64,000 nucleotides of DNA from a bacterium (GTDB taxonomy: Bacteria; Electryoneota; Electryoneia; Electryoneales; Electryoneaceae): positions 3,680,001 through 3,744,000 of the forward strand of contig OY769902.1 of the NCBI GenBank assembly GCA_963669175.1. The letters run 5' to 3'. Below are positions 9,870-17,508 of this stretch, one piece after another (within the stretch, counting starts at the first letter, position 1; each line of letters opens with the position of its first letter). The position numbers and the translations under genes were made by a program. The notes beneath the pieces are model-generated. The model saw only the letters and a program-made list of their open reading frames with translations, was not told the DNA's origin and made no database searches.

Positions 9870-11325
9870 ACGATCCCGCACCCCCATCAACCCGCGCGCG
9901 ATTTCACGTGTGCTGGGCGCTATCCTCCTCATGCTGGGCGGCAGCATGGGGCTGTCCCTGATTGTAGCATTCATTTATGGTGATGGCGATGCGTTGGGTA
10001 TCGGTCTGGCCATGGCTGCTACCATCGGACTGGGACTGCTGATGATGATGGTCATCGGCAAGGGATCGGACCTGACGGCTCGTGACGGCTTCGCGGTGGT
10101 TACCTTTGGCTGGTTCCTGATGAGCCTTACCGGGGCGTTGCCCTTCCTCTTTACCGGGGCTATTCCCAACCTGACCAACGCACTGTTTGAATCTGCTTCC
10201 GGTTTCACTACAACCGGGGCATCGATTCTGAACGATATAGAAGCGCTTCCCCATGGTATTCTGTTCTGGCGCAGCTTTACCCATTGGGTCGGCGGCATGG
10301 GAATCATCGTATTCTCCATCGCCATTCTCCCCTTCCTCGGTGTCGGCGGAATGCAGATGTTCAAAGCAGAATCCCCCGGCCCGACTGCGGATAAGCTTAC
10401 ACCTCGCATCCGTGGCACAGCAGAGATCCTGTGGGGAGTCTATGTGATAATAACCGCCGCGGAGACAGCTCTACTGCGACTTGGCGGCATGCCCTGGTTT
10501 GATTCCGCCTGTCACGCTTTCGGCACCATGGCTACTGGTGGTTTCTCTACCAAGCAGGCTTCAATCGGCTATTACACATCGCCTTACATTCAATACGTCA
10601 TTACCATTTTCATGCTAATCGCCGGTATCAATTTCGCGCTGCACTTTCATGGTCTGCGTGGACGTCCGAAAAAGTACCTCGAAAGCCCGGAATTCCGGTT
10701 CTATATGGTTCTGATTTTCGGAGCAATCCTGCTGATGACGGTTGTTCAGTTTTTTGGCGGCGATTCGTTGGAACAGTCCTTCCGTGACTCAGCCTTTACT
10801 GCGGTCTCGATTTCAACCACAACCGGATATGCAACGGCAGATTTTGAGTTCTGGCATCCTTTATCACGTGTTATTCTTGTTGCGCTGATGTTCGTCGGCG
10901 GCATGTCCGGGTCAACCGGTGGTGGCATGAAGGCAATCCGTGTCCAGATCCTGTTGAAGCAGGCCGCAGTCGAGTTAAAAAAATTGGTTCATCCGCGCAC
11001 CATTTATCCTATACGGCTTGGCAAGAAAACCGTACAGGCGGATATTGTACAGAATGTCCTCGCTTTCTTCCTGCTCTATTCCCTGCTGGCAACATTCGGC
11101 ACTCTTTTCATGTCCATCCTGGGACTGGACCATATCACTGCTTTTACCAGTGTGATAGCGTGTTTGAGTAACATCGGTCCCGGTCTGGGTGAAGTCGGTC
11201 CTGCGGACAATTACTTCGCTATTCCCGCTATTGGTAAATGGATGCTCACCTTCCTGATGATTGTAGGCCGTCTTGAGATTTATACCGTGCTTGTCCTGCT
11301 GACCACAACCTATTGGCGGAATTGA
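9862..11325 (+). CDS. trkH: Trk system potassium uptake membrane protein TrkH
   Basis: 'FESASGFTTTG', 'ATGGFS', 'GSTGGGMK', 'SNIGPGLG', 'GRLEI'. Confidence 0.96.
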   Translation: MSRRSRTPINPRAISRVLGAILLMLGGSMGLSLIVAFIYGDGDALGIGLAMAATIGLGLLMMMVIGKGSDLTARDGFAVVTFGWFLMSLTGALPFLFTGAIPNLTNALFESASGFTTTGASILNDIEALPHGILFWRSFTHWVGGMGIIVFSIAILPFLGVGGMQMFKAESPGPTADKLTPRIRGTAEILWGVYVIITAAETALLRLGGMPWFDSACHAFGTMATGGFSTKQASIGYYTSPYIQYVITIFMLIAGINFALHFHGLRGRPKKYLESPEFRFYMVLIFGAILLMTVVQFFGGDSLEQSFRDSAFTAVSISTTTGYATADFEFWHPLSRVILVALMFVGGMSGSTGGGMKAIRVQILLKQAAVELKKLVHPRTIYPIRLGKKTVQADIVQNVLAFFLLYSLLATFGTLFMSILGLDHITAFTSVIACLSNIGPGLGEVGPADNYFAIPAIGKWMLTFLMIVGRLEIYTVLVLLTTTYWRN

Positions 11326-11565
11326 TAACTGTTTTTTATCGTTACATTCTTTTCCCCTGCAACAGAGAACAAATTCGAATCCTGTTCCCCAGATAATTCT
11401 GTAATAAAACGCCTGTTGACCTTGAGTTTCGTGCTCATTGCTGGTATTTTTTTATCAGTCGTACAGTTGTTGCCATTCTTTCTTTCTCTGTGAACATGTA
11501 TTGTCGGATGTTGAAAAGCACTATGGTGTATCAGGTTCTGCGACATTGATTCGGGGGGCACGCAC

Positions 11566-13305
11566 ATGAACAGGTTATTTGCTTTGGTTTCTCTTCTGTT
11601 TTTATTCCTGCTGGTTATCCCTTCCCTTTCCTTTTCCCAGGTATTCCTGAACGAGAATTTTGAACGGGATCAAAACTCCTGGCCCTGGATGACCACTGAG
11701 ACAAGCGGCTGGGAATGTGAGCCCTGGCCTGCCTTTCATCCTGACTACACGTGGGGTGTAGAAAGAGAAGCAATCTATCGTTATATAGGCAATGACTATG
11801 TCCAATCGCTTTGGTGTTGCGGTCTGCCTAATAATCTGATTGCTGGCTCAGATGATTATATGCCCGGGCAGGAATCATGGGCAATATGGGGACCGTTCAG
11901 CACAACACAAGAGCTGATTTCCATTGTGGGGCGGTTTTATTTGTGGGCTGATAGTGAACCCTGGAACGATGGCGAAGGCGACAATTTCTACATGCTCGCT
12001 GCCGAAGATCCTGAATTTACCAATATGGAAGACTGGAACATTGCATTCGATTTGAGCAGTGCCGAAGATTTAGAACCGGGATCATTTAATTGTATCAGTT
12101 TTGATCTTAACCAGACGTGGGATTGGAACGGCAACTCCGTCAATATGATTACGATAGGTGAAGCGACGGACGACCTGTATATAGCATTTGTATTCATATC
12201 TGATGACGATGACAATACCGGTTCTGGCGTCTTCATTGATGATATCTTTATGCACGGGTATCCGGCAGATGTTTTTGATTTCGCGAAACATCAGATTAGC
12301 TTCTGCTTGTATGATGATGGTGAGTATAGAACTACCGATTTACTTTGCATGTCTGACAACTTGTATACATTGAATAACTTTTCTGTTTTTGGTATCACGG
12401 AAATAGAAGTGCAGCATGTTCTGTATGTCAATGAAGATGTGTTGAATCCTGCTTCTGAGTATGTTCCTGTTGATACCATGACTGGGAGATGGTCCGGAAG
12501 CTCAGTTGATTATACCTTTTTTACCCCTCGTTATGAAACTCCCCTGGTTTTTTCCGACACGGGCCTGGTTGGCATTAAAGTTGTTTTGGACGTGGAAAAC
12601 ATTATCGAAGAGACTGACGAGGAAAACAATGTACTGATTGATACTGTAAGAATCCTGATGCCCCAGACACAGCCGGAAATGGAATGGTTGGAGCTTGGCG
12701 GTGCTTATGAGACTGATTCATTGGTCTTTGTTGACCCATCTTCCCCCACCCTCAGTGTACGTTACCATGCAACAAATCATCCTGTTGAAGAATTAGCCAG
12801 TTTTGAATTCTTCATCGGGAGCGACATGGACTCTGTAATACAGAGCATTCCACAAAGCAGAGTCACAATCGACAATGAAGAGCACCTTGCAGAAATCGAC
12901 ATGGCCACCTATCCTCTTGATACGCCTGTCTATTTCGGAGCCTATCTGGTTGATAGGGTAACCGACCCAGTCTATTCTTATGCCCCGAAACGTATTGTAA
13001 GCACAAATTCAGTTGGTGACGATACTGAGAAGGGCGCGATCCCAGGTGAGTTTCAGATTGTATCAGCCTATCCCAACCCCTTCAATCCGACTGTAGAATT
13101 GACCTTCACCATGCCCCAGGCAGGCGAGATTGAACTTCGCTGGTATTCGCTTGAAGGCAGGCTCGTATCACGTCAAATCAGAACCGTATCCGCCGGGTAT
13201 CCAGTCCTGAGCTGGACTCCGGATGGTCTCGCCAGCGGTGTTTACCTGTTGCAGGCGCATACTCCCTTTGGAGTGGCCAATGCCCGTGTTATCTATCTGA
13301 AATAA
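11566..13305 (+). CDS. Secreted acidic protein with CARDB-like segment and T9SS-type C-terminal sorting domain (paralog A)
   Basis: Signal peptide, 'VFIDDI', 'LDVENIIEETDEENN' and the C-terminal 'AYPNPFNP...LASGVYLL' motif. Colinear paralog of 15335-17089. Confidence 0.8.
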   Translation: MNRLFALVSLLFLFLLVIPSLSFSQVFLNENFERDQNSWPWMTTETSGWECEPWPAFHPDYTWGVEREAIYRYIGNDYVQSLWCCGLPNNLIAGSDDYMPGQESWAIWGPFSTTQELISIVGRFYLWADSEPWNDGEGDNFYMLAAEDPEFTNMEDWNIAFDLSSAEDLEPGSFNCISFDLNQTWDWNGNSVNMITIGEATDDLYIAFVFISDDDDNTGSGVFIDDIFMHGYPADVFDFAKHQISFCLYDDGEYRTTDLLCMSDNLYTLNNFSVFGITEIEVQHVLYVNEDVLNPASEYVPVDTMTGRWSGSSVDYTFFTPRYETPLVFSDTGLVGIKVVLDVENIIEETDEENNVLIDTVRILMPQTQPEMEWLELGGAYETDSLVFVDPSSPTLSVRYHATNHPVEELASFEFFIGSDMDSVIQSIPQSRVTIDNEEHLAEIDMATYPLDTPVYFGAYLVDRVTDPVYSYAPKRIVSTNSVGDDTEKGAIPGEFQIVSAYPNPFNPTVELTFTMPQAGEIELRWYSLEGRLVSRQIRTVSAGYPVLSWTPDGLASGVYLLQAHTPFGVANARVIYLK

Positions 13306-13326
13306 GGAAATACTTCCGGTAGGTTT
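13305..13326 (+). repeat. Left terminal inverted repeat of the DUF1670 element
   Basis: AGGAAATACTTCCGGTAGGTTT, preceded by AATA. Confidence 0.9.
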
Positions 13327-13404
13327 GGCGATTTGCTTCTTGTTTGCGACCTTTGTATTCGGGTTGGCAATCGGAAGCGATCGCGTAACATGCTGGAGGA
13401 CAAG

Positions 13405-14238
13405 ATGTTACATACTTCAACGAGCCTGTATGACCGGTGTATGGAGAAGACGCCGGAGCAGGTGTTTGTGAACTCGCTTCGTCGCGAGTTTGAGCTTTCA
13501 CCGGCTGCGAGTACGGGGATATTGGAGCTTGCCAAGCGTTGTTTGTTCGGTACGATGCCGTCAACGCTTGGCAAGCTTCGTTTTTTATGTGCGTCCAAGA
13601 AAGCTCGTCACGGTCGTCCCTTACGCGAACAAGACCTGATTCGTGTCGAACTGACACTGGATGACGGTGTTGAGGACTTGGATGTTCTGCGCGAACTGGG
13701 CGCTTCATCGCTTCGTCAGCAACGGATTCTTCGGCTAACCGAAGAGACGTACCAGCAGGGTGGGTTGCTGACACAGGAGGATCTGAGTCGTCTGCTGCAC
13801 GTTTCAGATCGGACCATCCGCAAGGATATTGCGTTGCTGCTTGCTGACGGGAATACGGTGCATACGCGTGGCTACGACCATGACATTGGGCGTGGGTTAT
13901 CGCACAAGGCACGGATCGTTGATTTGTACCTGGGTGGCCGGACCTATGATGAGATCATCCGTCTGACACGTCACAGCGCGTTTGCGATCAAGCGCTATGT
14001 GAGTACGTTTGGACGCTTGTTGCTTCTGCTTAGCCATGACATTACCGAGCTGACCGACCTGAGCCGTCTGCTTCAACAGAGCGAACGGTTGACGGGTGAG
14101 TACCTGGATCTGTTTGCAAAATACAAACAGGGTGATCACTGGCCGACAAGCTATGTCGAACTTCTGGAGCAGTTGCAAGCACAGTATCCCTCAAAAAAAA
14201 GAGCGGGACAAGGTGGCGGAGGCGTCCATGAAAACTGA
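13405..14238 (+). CDS. DUF1670-like protein (HTH-containing), ORF1 of the element
   Basis: 'RILRLTEETYQQGGLLTQEDLSRLLHVSDRTIRKDI...TRG..HDIGRGLSHK..IVDLYL.G...HS..AIKRY'. GGAGGA RBS precedes ATG 13405. Confidence 0.8.
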   Translation: MLHTSTSLYDRCMEKTPEQVFVNSLRREFELSPAASTGILELAKRCLFGTMPSTLGKLRFLCASKKARHGRPLREQDLIRVELTLDDGVEDLDVLRELGASSLRQQRILRLTEETYQQGGLLTQEDLSRLLHVSDRTIRKDIALLLADGNTVHTRGYDHDIGRGLSHKARIVDLYLGGRTYDEIIRLTRHSAFAIKRYVSTFGRLLLLLSHDITELTDLSRLLQQSERLTGEYLDLFAKYKQGDHWPTSYVELLEQLQAQYPSKKRAGQGGGGVHEN

Positions 14239-15058
14239 GGTACGGAACCGTTATGAATCCCTGCCGAAGCGGAACTTTCGCACTGCGATCATCCGGTTGT
14301 TGGAAGAGCAGTACAAGATTCTTGGCAGCCACAAGGTCTTGGCCATGGTGGCGGATGACATCATGCAACTGCACCGTGAGTTCTATCCGGATATCGAGCA
14401 ACGCAGCGGTGGCAGTATTGTGTGGCGTACGACAGGTGCACAGTGCCACAAGCCCAGCTATGGGACACGGGTAGAAGACTATGAGGTGAAGACCGTCATT
14501 CTTCCGCTTGTCACTGAAGAAGATGTGGTTGATCGTATTCGTCGCCACTATGGAAAAGACGGTGCGGGCAAACAGCGCGACAGGGATATTGCAGTGCTGG
14601 CGCGGTTGGTGAAAAGCGCGTACGAACAAGGCGGGTTATTAAGCGGCGCGGAATTGAGTGTGTTGTTGAACCGGTCGCTGACGACCATTGGCAAGTACAT
14701 CCAACAGTATCATGAAACGCATGATGACATCCTGCCGACGAAAGGAATCATGTTGGACCAGGGAAGCCGTCCCACACACAAGGCCGCAATCATTGACCTG
14801 TACGAACAGGGCTATCCGGAACCGGATATCGCTCGCTTGACCACGCATACCCTTGAAGCGGTGGGTCGTTACTTGCGATCTTACAAAAACATCAAGTTCC
14901 TGATGGTCAAAGAACTTAATCTGATGGAAATTGTGCGTACTACCGGACTCGGACGTAGTACAGTGGTCCAATATCAGAAACTGGTGATGCAGTATCATCC
15001 TGACCTTAAACCTAAAGATAAACAAAAAGATACAACGAAAAAGGACAAGAAAAAGTAA
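14228..15058 (+). CDS. DUF1670-like protein (HTH-containing), ORF2 of the element
   Basis: 'LARLVKSAYEQGGLLSGAEL..LLNRS..TI...LPTKG..LDQG..PTHK..IIDLY.QG...H...AVGRY'. GGAGG RBS; overlaps ORF1 by 11 nt. Confidence 0.8.
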   Translation: MKTEVRNRYESLPKRNFRTAIIRLLEEQYKILGSHKVLAMVADDIMQLHREFYPDIEQRSGGSIVWRTTGAQCHKPSYGTRVEDYEVKTVILPLVTEEDVVDRIRRHYGKDGAGKQRDRDIAVLARLVKSAYEQGGLLSGAELSVLLNRSLTTIGKYIQQYHETHDDILPTKGIMLDQGSRPTHKAAIIDLYEQGYPEPDIARLTTHTLEAVGRYLRSYKNIKFLMVKELNLMEIVRTTGLGRSTVVQYQKLVMQYHPDLKPKDKQKDTTKKDKKK

Positions 15059-15072
15059 CCACTATCAACTGA

Positions 15073-15094
15073 AAACCTACCGGAAATATTTCCT
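15073..15094 (-). repeat. Right terminal inverted repeat of the DUF1670 element
   Basis: AAACCTACCGGAAATATTTCCT, followed by AATA. Confidence 0.9.
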
Positions 15095-15334
15095 AATAGT
15101 AAATAGACAAGATTTAGAAAGAAGCGTCACTGGGTTATTTCCAAATCACATTTTTTCAGAATATTGCAGGAGAATCATTGTTTGAATCTTGCTTTTTAAA
15201 CTCTCATACAGATATATTTTATCTGTTGGGAGAGGCCACCTTTCAGCACACCGTCGCGCTCTGTTCGGATTTCATAATCCGCAGTAACAGGCGCGTTTTT
15301 CTTTGTACCCAACCATCGACGCGGAGAACTGATC

Positions 15335-17089
15335 ATGAATACGATGCGTGGTACCGTTGTGCTTTCTTTCCTGCTGGTAGCTATTCTTCTGCTACCTATC
15401 TCCACCCAGGCGCAGATGATCCTGAACGAGAATTTTGAGCAGGATTCGGATACCTGGCCATGGACAACTGGTATGACTTCAGGTTGGCAGTGTGCTCCCT
15501 GGCCTGCAACCCACCCGAACAACTATACATGGGGTGTTGAGGACAGTTGTGTATACCATCGCGTCCATGACGGCTGGTATCGATCCATGTTCTGCAATGG
15601 CCTGCCAGACAACCTGAGTCCAGGTATTGACGATTATATGCCCGGTCAGGAATCCTGGGCAGTATGGGGGCCATTCGATGCGACACTGGAAATGGTGACC
15701 GTTATCGGCAACTTCTACGCCTGGTCCGATGTTGAACCGTGGGATGATGGAGAAGGTGACAACTTCTACATGCTGGCAGCGGTTGATCCCCAGGATCTGG
15801 TTATGGAAAACTGGGATATCGCTTTCGATATGGGCAATGATGAAAGCTTCCTTCAAAGCCATTGGACCTCTGTAGGCTTTAACCTGAACCAGATGTGGGA
15901 TTGGGATGGTAATCCTGTCAGCCTGATTCCCGAAGGTCAGGCAGTGGAAGATATCTATATTGCATTCGTTTTCATTTCCGATGATGATGACAATACCGGG
16001 CTGGGTGTTTTCGTTGATGATATCTATGTTTCCGGGTATGACGGCTCGTATGATTTTGAAATTGATGAACCTGACTTCATGGTTTATGAAGATGGCGAGC
16101 TGGAAACATGTTCGGGGTTCACGACGGAAGATGAAGTATATGTCGCAAACAACTTCACCTCATTTGGTCTACCCCTCGAGTATGCGACCAGCCATGTTCT
16201 ATACCTCAATGAAGATGTGATGAATCCTGAATCAGAATATGTGCCAATCGATACCATGACTGCTATCTGGCCAGCCAACCCACTGCTGGGGACCATTATT
16301 GATTCTCTGTTCCAATTGCCTTTGACATTTTCCGATACAGGCTGGGTAGGTGTGAAAATAGTTCTTGACGCTCCTGACGATGTCGTGGAAATCGACGAAG
16401 AGAACAATACCTACATTGACACTTTTTATGTAACCTTCCCGCAGACTCGTCCGGAAATGATTTGGCATGACCTGAACGGAAGCGATGAAACAGATACCGA
16501 AGTAACGGTTGATCTTTCTGAACGTACGACTCTGATCATTGATTACACAGCGATGAATTACCCCATTCAGGACAACGCGACCATTTCATTTGGTATCGGC
16601 GAGGAACTTGATTCTACCGGCAGCTTCATCGGCAGCCTGACCAACCTGACGATTGACAATGAGCAGCATCAGGTTGAATGGGATGTGTCGGACATGCCGC
16701 AGAATCGTGAATTCTACCTGTTTGCTTACCTGACTGACAATGCGACCGCGCCTGTCTACAGTTATGCTTCCCAACAGGTAATCATTATAACCCCGGTCAA
16801 GGATGTATCGTCCGATGCGGGTATTCCTGAGAAGTTCGCAATTGCTTCCGCATACCCGAATCCATTCAATCCGACCGTGGAAGTGCAATTTGCCATGCCA
16901 CAGGCCGGTCAGATTGAAATGCGCTGGTACTCACTGGAAGGACGCCTGGTCGATCACCAGGTAAGAACAGTTTCAGCGGGGTATCCGGTGCTTGGCTGGA
17001 CACCACATAGTCTCGCCAGCGGTGTATACCTGCTACAGGCTGAGACACCGTCCGGGATCGCAAATACAAGGGTGTTTTATCTGAAATAG
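15335..17089 (+). CDS. Secreted acidic protein with CARDB-like segment and T9SS-type C-terminal domain (paralog B)
   Basis: Signal peptide. Shares blocks with paralog A (DDYMPGQESWA.WGPF, EPW.DGEGDNFYMLAA, YIAFVFISDDDDNTG). Ends in an 'AYPNPFNP' domain. Confidence 0.8.
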   Translation: MNTMRGTVVLSFLLVAILLLPISTQAQMILNENFEQDSDTWPWTTGMTSGWQCAPWPATHPNNYTWGVEDSCVYHRVHDGWYRSMFCNGLPDNLSPGIDDYMPGQESWAVWGPFDATLEMVTVIGNFYAWSDVEPWDDGEGDNFYMLAAVDPQDLVMENWDIAFDMGNDESFLQSHWTSVGFNLNQMWDWDGNPVSLIPEGQAVEDIYIAFVFISDDDDNTGLGVFVDDIYVSGYDGSYDFEIDEPDFMVYEDGELETCSGFTTEDEVYVANNFTSFGLPLEYATSHVLYLNEDVMNPESEYVPIDTMTAIWPANPLLGTIIDSLFQLPLTFSDTGWVGVKIVLDAPDDVVEIDEENNTYIDTFYVTFPQTRPEMIWHDLNGSDETDTEVTVDLSERTTLIIDYTAMNYPIQDNATISFGIGEELDSTGSFIGSLTNLTIDNEQHQVEWDVSDMPQNREFYLFAYLTDNATAPVYSYASQQVIIITPVKDVSSDAGIPEKFAIASAYPNPFNPTVEVQFAMPQAGQIEMRWYSLEGRLVDHQVRTVSAGYPVLGWTPHSLASGVYLLQAETPSGIANTRVFYLK

Positions 17090-17508
17090 TTGCCCTGGTT
17101 CAGGCCGCTATTTGTAGAAGTTGCGCGGTTTTTAACTGACTTTTACCATGCGGGTGATCGCATCTTAGCGGTTACCCGCTTTTTTCGCCTTTCCCGACTT
17201 GCTCATCCCCTTCATCTCAGGCCGACGATTTTCCAGTGTCGTCAACATCTCCATAAGGTCCATACTCAACTTCGGCAAATCGGGCCACGCACGCGGTTGA
17301 TTGCGTCATGCAGATATCCGGCCAATCGGACCATACAGTCTGTTTTCCTTTTTCACTTTTTTCACTGTCCACTTTTTTCACTTCTACACATATCATAGAA
17401 CAGCCTCCATTTTGGCTCCTGCAAGAATCTTGTATTCCAGAAAAATTCTCGACAGTTTATGTGATTATTCTGTTTGACCGCTTGAATTGATTGTGGCAAG
17501 GGCTTTCC

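Larger units (their letters stand above)
13305..15094. mobile_element. Putative novel IS-like element: 22-bp TIRs, 4-bp AATA direct repeat, two DUF1670-like genes
   Basis: Left end AGGAAATACTTCCGGTAGGTTT (13305-13326) and the reverse complement of the right end (15073-15094), AGGAAATATTTCCGGTAGGTTT, match at 21/22. AATA occurs at 13301-13304 and 15095-15098. Confidence 0.85.

Noticed and set aside
14193-14231. -1 programmed frameshift joining the two DUF1670 ORFs
   Set aside because: The -1 frame hits TGA after about 12 codons; only a +1 or -2 event would fuse the ORFs.
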